A stretch of 64,000 bases of DNA. It comes from Eledone cirrhosa. Its lineage: Eukaryota. Position numbers and translations under genes: made by a program. The number at the start of each line of letters is the position of its first letter. Positions within the stretch are counted from its first letter, which is position 1. Positions 30,001 through 41,300 of the stretch are shown here, in pieces. Where the stretch lies: NCBI GenBank assembly GCA_964016885.1, contig OZ024741.1, positions 403,806,001-403,870,000 of the forward strand, written 5' to 3'. The notes beneath the pieces are model-generated. The model saw only the letters and a list, made by a program, of their open reading frames with translations, ran no database searches and had not been told where the DNA came from.

Positions 30001-33000
30001 GGTTTCTCTTAGTAGCTTTTTCATGTCGTTAATATTATGATGTTCCCTGCTGTATTAGCGTTAAATTTTCCCTGCTGTATTAGCGATAAATTTTCGAGGG
30101 TTTCTCTTAGTAGCTTTTTCATGTCGTTAATATTATGATGTTCCCTGCTGTATTAGCGTTAAATTTTCCCTGCTGTATTAGCGATAAATTTTCGAGGGTT
30201 TCTCTTAGTAGCTTTTTTCATGACGTTATTATTGTTAATTTTACTGATGTAGTATTAACTTATTAACTTGGATATTTACCATGCGGTATTCTAATCCTAT
30301 TGTATCTCACTCAGTTATTTACCATGCGACCCTCAGTTCCTACCCCCCCCCCTCTATGCACTTCTTTAAGGCTTACTACCCTGTCTTTAACCTAATTCAT
30401 TCAATCTGAAAATATTGAAGAGATAAGACACTTTGCCATTCTTCTCTGCTAAAATGTACCACTAGAGCTGATTCAAATTTTCCCAGCCAGCCATCCACCT
30501 AATCTACGAAGGTATTTTAGCCTACATATTGTCGTTAATATTATGATGTTCCCTGCTGTATTAGCGTTAAATTTTCCCTGCTGTATTAGCGATAAATTTT
30601 CGAGGGTTTCTCTTAGTAGCTTTTTCATGTCGTTAATATTATGATGTTCCCTGCTGTATTAGCGTTAAATTTTCCCTGCTGTATTAGCGATAAATTTTCG
30701 AGGGTTTCTCTTAGTAGCTTTTTCATGTCGTTAATATTATGATGTTCCCTGCTGTATTAGCGTTAAATTTTCCCTGCTGTATTAGCGATAAATTTTCGAG
30801 GGTTTCTCTTAGTAGCTTTTTTCATGACGTTATTATTGTTAATTTTACTGATGTAATATTAACTTATTAACTTGGATATTTACCATGCGGTATTCTAATC
30901 CTATTGTATCTCTCTCAGTTATTTACCATGCGACCCTCAGTTCCTACCCCCCCCCCTCTATGCACTTCTTTAAGGCTTACTACCCTGTCTTTAACCTAAT
31001 TCATTCAATCTGAAAATATTGAAGAGATAAGACACTTTGCCATTCTTCTCTGCTAAAATGTACCACTAGAGCTGATTCAAATTTTCCCAGCCAGCCATCC
31101 ACCTAATCTACGAAGGTATTTTAGCCTACATATTGTCGTTAATATTATGATGTTCCCTGCTGCATTAGCGTTAAATTTTCCCTGCTGTATTAGCGATAAA
31201 TTTTCGAGGGTTTCTCTTAGTAGCTTTTTCATGTCGTTAATATTATGATGTTCCCTGCTGTATTAGCGTTAAATTTTCCCTGCTGTATTAGCGATAAATT
31301 TTCGAGGGTTTCTCTTAGTAGCTTTTTCATGTCGTTAATATTATGATGTTCCCTGCTGTATTAGCGTTAAATTTTCCCTGCTGTATTAGCGATAAATTTT
31401 CGAGGGTTTCTCTTAGTAGCTTTTTTCATGACGTTATTATTGTTAATTTTACTGATGTAGTATTAACTTATTAACTTGGATATTTACCATGCGGTATTCT
31501 AATCCTATTGTATCTCTCTCAGTTATTTACCATGCGACCCTCAGTTCCTACCCCCCCCTCTATGCACTTCTTTAAGGCTTACTACCCTGTCTTTAACCTA
31601 ATTCATTCAATCTGAAAATATTGAAGAGATAAGACACTTTGCCATTCTTCTCTGCTAAAATGTACCACTAGAGCTGATTCAAATTTTCCCAGCCAGCCAT
31701 CCACCTAATCTACGAAGGTATTTTAGCCTACATATTGTCGTTAATATTATGATGTTCCCTGCTGTATTAGCGTTAAATTTTCCCTGCTGTATTAGCGATA
31801 AATTTTCGAGGGTTTCTCTTAGTAGCTTTTTCATGTCGTTAATATTATGATGTTCCCTGCTGTATTAGCGTTAAATTTTCCCTGCTGTATTAGCGATAAA
31901 TTTTCGAGGGTTTCTCTTAGTAGCTTTTTTCATGACGTTATTATTGTTAATTTTACTGATGTAGTATTAACTTATTAACTTGGATATTTACCATGCGGTA
32001 TTCTAATCCTATTGTATCTCTCTCAGTTATTTACCATGCGACCCTCAGTTCCTACCCCCCCCCCCCTCTATGCACTTCTTTAAGGCTTACTACCCTGTCT
32101 TTAACCTATTTCATTCAATCTGAAAATATTGAAGAGATAAGACACTTTGCCATTCTTCTCTGCTAAAATGTACCACTAGAGCTGATTCAAATTTTCCCAG
32201 CCAGCCATCCACCTAATCTACGAAGGTATTTTAGCCTACATATTGTCGTTAATATTATGATGTTCCCTGCTGTATTAGCGTTAAATTTTCCCTGCTGTAT
32301 TAGCGATAAATTTTCGAGGGTTTCTCTTAGTAGCTTTTTCATGTCGTTAATATTATGATGTTCCCTGCTGTATTACCGTTAAATTTTCCCTGCTGTATTA
32401 GCGATAAATTTTCGAGGGTTTCTCTTAGTAGCTTTTTTCATGACGTTATTATTGTTAATTTTACTGATGTAGTATTAACTTATTAACTTGGATATTTACC
32501 ATGCGGTATTCTAATCCTATTGTATCTCTCTCAGTTATTTACCATGCGACCCTCAGTTCCTACCCCCCCCTCTATGCACTTCTTTAAGGCTTACTACCCT
32601 GTCTTTAACCTAATTCATTCAATCTGAAAATATTGAAGAGATAAGACACTTTGCCATTCTTCTCTGCTAAAATGTACCACTAGAGCTGATTCAAATTTTC
32701 CCAGCCAGCCATCCACCTAATCTACGAAGGTATTTTAGCCTACATATTGTCGTTAATATTATGATGTTCCCTGCTGTATTAGCGTTAAATTTTCCCTGCT
32801 GTATTAGCGATAAATTTTCGAGGGTTTCTCTTAGTAGCTTTTTCATGTCGTTAATATTATGATGTTCCCTGCTGTATTAGCGTTAAATTTTCCCTGCTGT
32901 ATTAGCGATAAATTTTCGAGGGTTTCTCTTAGTAGCTTTTTTCATGACGTTATTATTGTTAATTTTACTGATGTAGTATTAACTTATTAACTTGGATATT

Positions 33001-34638
33001 TACCATGCGGTATTCTAATCCTATTGTATCTCTCTCAGTTATTTACCATGCGACCCTCAGTTCCTACCCCCCCCCTCTATGCACTTCTTTAAGGCTTACT
33101 ACCCTGTCTTTAACCTAATTCATTCAATCTGAAAATATTGAAGAGATAAGACACTTTGCCATTCTTCTCTGCTAAAATGTACCACTAGAGCTGATTCAAA
33201 TTTTCCCAGCCAGCCATCCACCTAATCTACGAAGGTATTTTAGCCTACATATTGTCGTTAATATTATGATGTTCCCTGCTGCATTAGCGTTAAATTTTCC
33301 CTGCTGTATTAGCGATAAATTTTCGAGGGTTTCTCTTAGTAGCTTTTTCATGTCGTTAATATTATGATGTTCCCTGCTGTATTAGCGTTAAATTTTCCCT
33401 GCTGTATTAGCGATAAATTTTCGAGGGTTTCTCTTAGTAGCTTTTTCATGTCGTTAATATTATGATGTTCCCTGCTGTATTAGCGTTAAATTTTCCCTGC
33501 TGTATTAGCGATAAATTTTCGAGGGTTTCTCTTAGTAGCTTTTTTCATGACGTTATTATTGTTAATTTTACTGATGTAGTATTAACTTATTAACTTGGAT
33601 ATTTACCATGCGGTATTCTAATCCTATTGTATCTCTCTCAGTTATTTACCATGCGACCCTCAGTTCCTACCCCCCCCCCCTCTATGCACTTCTTTAAGGC
33701 TTACTACCCTGTCTTTAACCTAATTCATTCAATCTGAAAATATTGAAGAGATAAGACACTTTGCCATTCTTCTCTGCTAAAATGTACCACTAGAGCTGAT
33801 TCAAATTTTCCCAGCCAGCCATCCACCTAATCTACGAAGGTATTTTAGACTACATATTGTCGTTAATATTATGATGTTCCCTGCTGTATTAGCGTTAAAT
33901 TTTCCCTGCTGTATTAGCGATAAATTTTCGAGGGTTTCTCTTAGTAGCTTTTTCATGTCGTTAATATTATGATGTTCCCTGCTGTATTAGCGTTAAATTT
34001 TCCCTGCTGTATTAGCGATAAATTTTCGAGGGTTTCTCTTAGTAGCTTTTTTCATGACGTTATTATTGTTAATTTTACTGATGTAGTATTAACTTATTAA
34101 CTTGGATATTTACCATGCGGTATTCTAATCCTATTGTATCTCTCTCAGTTATTTACCATGCGACCCTCAGTTCCTACCCCCCCCCCCCCCCTCTATGCAC
34201 TTCTTTAAGGCTTACTACCCTGTCTTTAACCTAATTCATTCAATCTGAAAATATTGAAGAGATAAGACACTTTGCCATTCTTCTCTGCTAAAATGTACCA
34301 CTAGAGCTGATTCAAATTTTCCCAGCCAGCCATCCACCTAATCTACGAAGGTATTTTAGCCTACATATTGTCGTTAATATTATGATGTTCCCTGCTGTAT
34401 TAGCGTTAAATTTTCCCTGCTGTATTAGCGATAAATTTTCGAGGGTTTCTCTTAGTAGCTTTTTCATGTCGTTAATATTATGATGTTCCCTGCTGTATTA
34501 GCGTTAAATTTTCCCTGCTGTATTAGCGATAAATTTTCGAGGGTTTCTCTTAGTAGCTTTTTTCATGACGTTATTATTGTTAATTTTACTGATGTAGTAT
34601 TAACTTGGATATTTACCATGCGACCCTCAGTTCCTACC
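1..34638. repeat. Complex tandem satellite A, about 62 head-to-tail monomers of ~504-510 bp (2 subrepeats) or ~601-608 bp (3 subrepeats); extends beyond the left edge
   Basis: The marker GCCAGCCATC recurs at 11, 614, 1118 and 1721 (spacings 603, 504, 603). Monomers differ only in 98-bp subrepeat number, poly-C length and rare substitutions. Identity to the monomer ends at ...CAGTTCCTACC, 34638. Confidence 0.98.
55..348. repeat. 98-bp internal subrepeat of satellite A (example, 3 copies), itself containing a 25-bp tandem duplication
   Basis: TGTCGTTAATATT starts at 55, 153 and 251. Each subrepeat holds TTCCCTGCTGTATTAGCGTTAAATT followed by TTCCCTGCTGTATTAGCGATAAATT. Confidence 0.95.
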
Positions 34639-34881
34639 TCACAATTTCCCTCCCCCCCACCCCCACACACCACCATAGCCTATTCGACCAATCAAACCTA
34701 GCATGCCATTTCCACTGCTGCTGCTGCTACTACCTGCCTAACTAACTCTCTCCTCCTCTGGCGCATCCCAACACACCCTGCCATTACCCCACCACCACTG
34801 TCCTTCTAGCCCTCAATTTTCCCACCGTTAGGGATGGATGAGCTGGGAATACACGAGCAACTCTGACTCAATAGATGAAAT

Positions 34882-37800
34882 ATGAATCTGCGAGCTACCA
34901 AGCACCCACGTGAAGCGCCAACCCAGAGACCCTCCCCTACGAGTGTCGACAAATGCCCAAAACTCCGAGTTGGTACCATCAATGTAGGCTCAATGAAAGG
35001 AAGAGCAGGAGAAATCGTAGAAATGCTAGAGCGAAAGGAAGTTGATGTATGCTGTGTGCAAGAGACTAGATGGAGAGGAGGGTCTGCTAGAGTCCTTGTA
35101 GGAAAAAGCCAGTGCTACAAATTTTTCTGGGTGGGAAATGACGATGGGATGGGTGGTGTAGGTATACTATTAGCTGACAAGTGGGTAGATAAAGTAATCT
35201 CAGTGTACAGGGTAAATGCAAGAATCATTAAACTCAGACTAGTCCTGAATAAGACAATTACCACAATAATATCAGCTTACGCACCCCAATCGGGGCTGCC
35301 AGACGAACTTAAGGATAGGTTTTACGAGTCCCTAATACACACTACTGCTCTAACAGACGACAAGGACTTCCTAATCATTGCAGGAGATTTTAACGGACAC
35401 GTAGGTAAACACTGCGACGGCTTCAATAGAGTACATGGAGGCCATGGAGTTGGCACAAGGAATGAGGAAGGATTCAGACTTCTAGAATTCTGCGACGCCA
35501 ATGACATGTCGATATGTAACACAAACTTTAAAAAACCCGACAACCACCTGATCACCTATAGATCAGGGGAGCACTCTAGTCAGTTAGATTTTATCCTCAT
35601 CAGAGGACGTGACAGATGGACGGTCGTAAACACAAAAGCCTTCCCTAGTGAGGAATGTACATCCCAACATAGCTTAGTTGTCAGCGACCTCACGGTCAGA
35701 ACTAGACGAGCCCTGAAACAGAGGCCAACCTGGAGAAGAAAGATCTGGAAGCTGAAAGTCCCCTCAACCAGTAACAGATTTAAAGATATTTTACTCAACG
35801 CCTACGACAGTAAAGAAGAACAGATAGAGACATTTAACGTAGAAGAGAACTGGGAGTTCCTAAAAAATAACTTACTAGAGGCGACGGATGAGGTTTGTGG
35901 CTGGAGTAAGACCTCAAGCAGGAGGAGAGTGACTTGGTGGTGGAACAATAAGGTAGATGAAGCAGTCAAGGCCAAGAGACAGGCATGGAAAGAATGGAAG
36001 AACGGGGGGAGCAGGGTACATTACATAGAGACCAAGAGGGAAGCTAGGCGACAAGTATACTTAGCTAGGAGGGAAGCAGAGGATAGAAAATTCAAGCATG
36101 TTTTACAACGTGAGGACCAGAAACAGGAGGTATTCAAGATTGCGAGGCAGTGTGTCAGAGATAGTTGTGATGTCATTGGAGAGAAGTGTATCCGGAATGA
36201 TAAAGGTGAGCTTGCCCTCACAAGTGCTGAGAAGAAAGATGCATGGAAGAGTCATTATGATAGATTACTAAATGAGGAGAATGCATGGGAAGAAGAGACC
36301 CTACCCCACGTAGACCCTATAGAGGGACCAGCAGTACAAGTCAGCGGCAGCGTAGTAAGTAAGGCAATCAGAGATATGAAGATAGGGAAGGCAACCGGTC
36401 CATCGGGTATAGCTGCCGAGATGCTGAAGGCATCTGGGTCTGTAGGTCACACTATAACCACACGTATCGTTAACCAGGTAATACTAGAGGGGGCCATACC
36501 AAAAGATTGGTGCAGTAGCATCATTGTCAACTGCTACAAAGGTAAAGGCGATGCACTAGATAGAGGAAACTATAGAGGTATAAAGTTGATGGACCAGGTC
36601 ATGAAAGTAACAGAAAGAGTTATAGCACAGCTGATTAGGGACCGGGTGAATATAGACGAGATGCAATTTGGGTTTGTTCCAGGGAAAGGCACCACTGATG
36701 CGCTCTTCCTTGTGAGGCAATTACAGGAAAAGTACCTAGCTAAAAGTAAGCCACTCTACTTGGCATTTGTCGACCTTGAGAAAGCCTTTGACAGAGTTCC
36801 ACGTGCAGTAATCTGGTGGGCTCTTAGAAAACTAGGAGTAGATGAATGGCTTGTGAAAGCGGTACAAGCCATGTATAGGGGAGCAGTCAGCAAAGTTAGG
36901 ATTGGCAATGAGTATAGCGAGGAATTTAGCGTACAGGTTGGGGTCCACCAGGGCTCTGTTCTTAGCCCTCTCCTGTTCATCATAGTCCTGCAGGCAATAA
37001 CGGAGGAGTTTAAGACCGGATGCCCATGGGAACTCCTGTATGCTGATGACCTCGCACTCATAGCTGAATCTATGGTAGAACTAGAGAATAAATTCCAAAC
37101 CTGGAAGCAGGGACTAGAGAGAAAGGGCCTCAAAGTCAACATGACAAAGACTAAGGTCCTTATAAGTAGACGAGAAAACAGAACCCAGATCCCCTCAGGG
37201 AAATGGCCTTGCTCAGTATGTAGGAAAGGTGTAGGTAGGAACTCCATTCTTTGCCCCAAATGCAAACAATGGGTACACAAGAGATGTAGCGGGATCTCAG
37301 GAAGCTTAATTAAGAATGTAGGATTCACATGCAGCAGCTGTGCTGAAACAGCAAGCAAACAGCCACAGGAAACAAGTACCACCAATCTCTGGGAGGGCCC
37401 TGTAGAAACAGTAGACAGCTTCTGCTACCTAGGTGACCGAATTAGCAACGGAGGTGGGTGCTCAGAAAGTACAATAACTAGGGTAAGAACGGGATGGAAG
37501 AAGTTTAGGGAACTACTACCACTGCTAGCTGCAAAAGGCTTCTCCCTCAGAATGAAAGGCAGACTGTATGATGCGTGTATCCGAACAGCGATGTTGCATG
37601 GTAGTGAGACCTGGGCGCTGAAGGTGGAAGACTTACGTAGATTAGAGAGAAACGAAGCCTGCATGCTCCGATGGATGTGTAACAGTAATATACGTGAACG
37701 ACAAAGCATAAATGAATTGAGAGAGAGACTGAGCATAAGAGGAATCAAATGCTGCGTGCAGGAGAGGCGGTTACGCTGGTATGGACATGTGATGCGTATG

Positions 37801-38001
37801 AAGGATGACAGCTGCATAAAAAGGTGCAGAGCACTAGAAGTTGATGGAAACCGCGGAGTGGGGAGACCCAAGATGACTTGGGATGAGGTGATAAAAGCCG
37901 ACCTTACCCAACTACACCTCTCAAAGTCAATGACACACGACCGTGACTTCTGGCGTCACGCAGTAATACAGGGTACCCGACCTCCCATGGGTACATGCTG
38001 A
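34882..38001 (+). CDS. LINE ORF2-type protein: APE endonuclease + reverse transcriptase with inserted PHD-like zinc finger
   Basis: APE motifs GTINVG, CVQETRW, SAYAP, GDFNGH, LDFIL and SQHSLV. RT motifs GKATGPSG, NYRGIKL, QFGF, FVDLEKAFD, GVHQGSVLSP, LYADDL and FCYLG. RTE-type C-terminus RRLRWYGHVMR...GRPK. No stops or frameshifts. Confidence 0.95.
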   Translation: MNLRATKHPREAPTQRPSPTSVDKCPKLRVGTINVGSMKGRAGEIVEMLERKEVDVCCVQETRWRGGSARVLVGKSQCYKFFWVGNDDGMGGVGILLADKWVDKVISVYRVNARIIKLRLVLNKTITTIISAYAPQSGLPDELKDRFYESLIHTTALTDDKDFLIIAGDFNGHVGKHCDGFNRVHGGHGVGTRNEEGFRLLEFCDANDMSICNTNFKKPDNHLITYRSGEHSSQLDFILIRGRDRWTVVNTKAFPSEECTSQHSLVVSDLTVRTRRALKQRPTWRRKIWKLKVPSTSNRFKDILLNAYDSKEEQIETFNVEENWEFLKNNLLEATDEVCGWSKTSSRRRVTWWWNNKVDEAVKAKRQAWKEWKNGGSRVHYIETKREARRQVYLARREAEDRKFKHVLQREDQKQEVFKIARQCVRDSCDVIGEKCIRNDKGELALTSAEKKDAWKSHYDRLLNEENAWEEETLPHVDPIEGPAVQVSGSVVSKAIRDMKIGKATGPSGIAAEMLKASGSVGHTITTRIVNQVILEGAIPKDWCSSIIVNCYKGKGDALDRGNYRGIKLMDQVMKVTERVIAQLIRDRVNIDEMQFGFVPGKGTTDALFLVRQLQEKYLAKSKPLYLAFVDLEKAFDRVPRAVIWWALRKLGVDEWLVKAVQAMYRGAVSKVRIGNEYSEEFSVQVGVHQGSVLSPLLFIIVLQAITEEFKTGCPWELLYADDLALIAESMVELENKFQTWKQGLERKGLKVNMTKTKVLISRRENRTQIPSGKWPCSVCRKGVGRNSILCPKCKQWVHKRCSGISGSLIKNVGFTCSSCAETASKQPQETSTTNLWEGPVETVDSFCYLGDRISNGGGCSESTITRVRTGWKKFRELLPLLAAKGFSLRMKGRLYDACIRTAMLHGSETWALKVEDLRRLERNEACMLRWMCNSNIRERQSINELRERLSIRGIKCCVQERRLRWYGHVMRMKDDSCIKRCRALEVDGNRGVGRPKMTWDEVIKADLTQLHLSKSMTHDRDFWRHAVIQGTRPPMGTC

Positions 38002-38282
38002 AGCATATAAACAATATGCCCCCCCCCCCACCGCAAGGTGGTCGTGGAGGTGCCACGGCAAAAAAGCACCCAGCCCACACTGTAAAGTGGACGTGTAGGC
38101 GCCACGAAAAAGCACCCAGCACTCACTGTAAATGAGGTTGGTGTTAGGAAGGGCATCCAGCTGTAGAAATCAAGCCAGATCAGTTCCTGTATGAGCAAGG
38201 CATGGTCAGCCGACCAGACACTGCCCACAACAGGACAACCCGTCTAACCCATGCTAGCGTGGAAGAACGGACGTAAAACGGT

Positions 38283-38300
38283 GATGATGATGATGATGAT
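38283..38300 (+). repeat. (GAT)6 3' tail of RTE copy 1
   Basis: ...AAAACGGT-GATGATGATGATGATGAT-CCTATTG; the last GAT is also the first GAT of a satellite B monomer. Confidence 0.9.
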
Positions 38301-41300
38301 CCTATTGTCTCTGTGATATAGCTGATTAGGTAGAGTGATAGATCCTAGTGTCTCTGTTATATAGTTGATTAGTTAGAGTGATAGATCCTAGTGTCTCTGT
38401 GATATAGTTGATTAGTTAGAGTGATAGATCCTAGTGTCTCTGTGATATAGTTGATTAGTTAGAGTGATAGATCCTAGTGTCTCTGTGATATAGTTGATTA
38501 GTTAGAGTGATAGATCCTAGTGTCTCTGTGATATAGTTGATTAGTTAGAGTGATAGTTCCTCGTGTCTCTGTGATATAGTTGATTAGTTAGATTGATAGA
38601 TCCTAGTGTCTCTGTGATATGGTTGATTAGTTAGAGTGATAGATACTAGTGTCTCTGTGATATAGCTGATTAGTTACAGTGATAGATCCTAGTGTCTCTG
38701 TGATATAGCTGATTAGTTAGATTGATAGATCCTAGTGTCTCTGTGATATAGTTGATTAGTTAGAGTGATAGATCCTAGTGTCTCTGTGATATAGCTGATT
38801 AGTTAGAGTGATAGATCCTAGTGTCTCTGTGATATAGTTGATTAGTTAGAGTGATAGATCCTAGTGTCTCTGTGATACAGTTGATTAGTTAGAGTGATAG
38901 ATCCTAGTGTCTCTGTGATATAGTTGATTAGTTAGAGTGATAGATCCTAGTGTCACTGTGATATAGTTGATTATATAGAATGATAGATCCTAGTGTCTCT
39001 GTGATATAGCTGATTAGTTACAGTGATAGATCCTAATGTCTCTGTGATATAGTTGATTAGTTAGAGTGACAGATCCTAGTGTCTCTGTGATATAGCTGAT
39101 TAGTTAGAGTGATAGATCCTAGTGTTTCTGTGATATAGTTGATTAGTTAGAGTGATAAATCTTAGTGTCTCTGTGATATGGTTGATTAGTTAGAGTGATA
39201 GATCCTAGTGTCTCTGTGATACAGTTGATTAGTTAGAGTGATAGATCCTAGTGTCTCTGTGATATAGTTGATTAGTTAGAGTGATAGATCCTAGTGTCTC
39301 TGTGATATAGCCGATTAGTCAGAGTGATAGATCCTAGTGTCTCTGTGATATGGTTGATTAGTTAGAGTGATAGATCCTAATGTCTCTGTGATATAGCCGA
39401 TTAGTCAGAGTGATAGATCCTAGTGTCTCTGTGATATGATTGATTAGTTAGAGTGATAGATGCTAGTGGCACTGTGATATAGGTGATTAGTTAGAGTGAT
39501 AGTTCCTAGTGTCTCTCTGATATAGTTGATTAGTTAGAGTGATAGATCCTAGTGTCTCTGTGATATAGTTGATTAGTTAGAGTGATAGCTCCTAGTGTCT
39601 CTGTGATATAGTTGATTAGTTAGAGTGATAGATCCTAGTGTCACTGTGATATAGTTGATTATATAGAGTGATAGATCCTAGTGTCTCTGTGATATAGTTG
39701 ATTAGTTAGAGTGATAGATACTAGTGTCTCTGATATAGTTGATTAGTTAGAGTGATAGATCCTAGTGTCTCTGTGATATGGTTGATTAGTTAGAGTGATA
39801 GATCCTAGTGTCTCTGTTATATAGCTGATTAGTTAGAGTGATAGATCCTAGTGTCTCTGTGATATGGTTGATTAGTTAGAGTGATAGATCCTAGTGTCTC
39901 TGTGATATGGTTGATTAGCTAGAGTGATAGATCCTAGTGTTTCTGTGATATAGTTGATTAGTTAGAGTGATAGATCCTAGTGTCTCTGTGATATGGTTGA
40001 TTAGTTAGAGTGATAGATCCTAGTGTTTCTGTGATATAGTTGATTAGTTAGAGTGATAGATCCTAGTGTCTCTGTGATATAGCTGATTAGTTAGAGTGAT
40101 AGATCCTAGTGTCTCTGTGATATAGTTGATTAGTTAGAGTGATAGATCCTAGTGTCTTTGTGATATGGTCGATTAGTTAGAGTGATAGATCCTAGTGTTT
40201 CTGTGATATGGTTGATTATATAGAGTGATAGATCCTAGTGTCTCTGTGATATAGCTGATTAGTTAGAGTGATAGATCCTAGTGTTTCTGTGATATAGTTG
40301 ATTAGTTAGAGTGATAGATCCTAGTGTCTTTGTGATATGGTCGATTAGTTAGAGTGATAGATCCTAGTGTCTCTGTGATATGGTTGATTAATTAGAGTGA
40401 TAGATCCTAGTGTCTCTGTGATATAGCTGATTAGTTAGAGTGATAGATCCTAGTGTCTCTGTGATATAGTTGATTAGTTAGAGTGATAGATCCTAGTGTT
40501 TCTATGATATAGTTGATTATTTAGAGTGATAGATCCTAGTGTCTCTGTGATATAGCTGAGTAGTTAGAGTGATAGATCCTAGTGTTTCTGTGATATGGTT
40601 GATTAGTTAGAGTGATAGATCCTAGTGTCTCTGTGATATGGTTGATTAATTAGAGTGATAGATCCTAGTGTCTCTGTGATATAGCTGATTAGTTAGAGTG
40701 ATAGATCCTAGTGTCTCTGTGATATAGTTGATTAGTTAGAGTGATAGATCCTAGTGTTTCTGTGATATAGTTGATTATTTAGAGTGATAGATCCTAGTGT
40801 CTCTGTGATATAGCTGAGTAGTTAGAGTGATAGATCCTAGTGTCTCTGTGATATAGTTAATTAGTTAGAGTGATAGATCCTAGTATCTCTGTGATATAGT
40901 TAATTAGTTAGAGTGATAGATCCTAGTGTCTCTGTGATATAGTTGATTAGTTAGAGTGATAGATCCTAGTGTCTCTGTTATATAGCTGATTAGTTAGAGT
41001 GATAGATCCTAGTGTCTCAGTGATATAGTTGATTAGTTAGAGTGATAGATCCTAGTGTCTCTGTGATATAGCCGATTAGTCAGAGTGATAGAACCTAGTG
41101 TCTCTGTTATATAGGTGATTAGTTAGAGTGATAGATCCTAGTGTCTCTGTGATATAGTTAATTAGATGGAGTGATAGATCCTAGTGTCTCTGTGATATAG
41201 CTGATTAGTTAGAGTGATAGATCCTTGTCTCTCTGTGTTATAGTTGATTAGTTAGAGTGATAGATCCTAGTGTCTCTGTGATATAGTTGATTAGTTAGAG

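Larger units (their letters stand above)
34639..38300 (+). mobile_element. RTE-clade non-LTR retrotransposon (LINE), copy 1, apparently intact; 5' boundary uncertain
   Basis: Single 1039-aa EN+RT ORF, ~300-bp 3' UTR and a (GAT)6 tail at 38283-38300. A single ORF plus a short tandem-repeat tail is the established RTE architecture. No TSD is visible because the two flanks are different satellites. Confidence 0.92.

Noticed and set aside
1-34638. Satellite A as a tandem RNA-gene array (5S, snRNA, spliced leader, tRNA) or coding repeat
   Set aside because: I recognised no such gene sequence, Pol III boxes or sizeable ORF on either strand. A covariance-model search would be needed to exclude it fully.
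34480-34701. 73-aa ORF as a LINE ORF1
   Set aside because: It starts inside the 98-bp subrepeat, is open only because the terminal monomer lacks the duplications, and has no recognisable domain.
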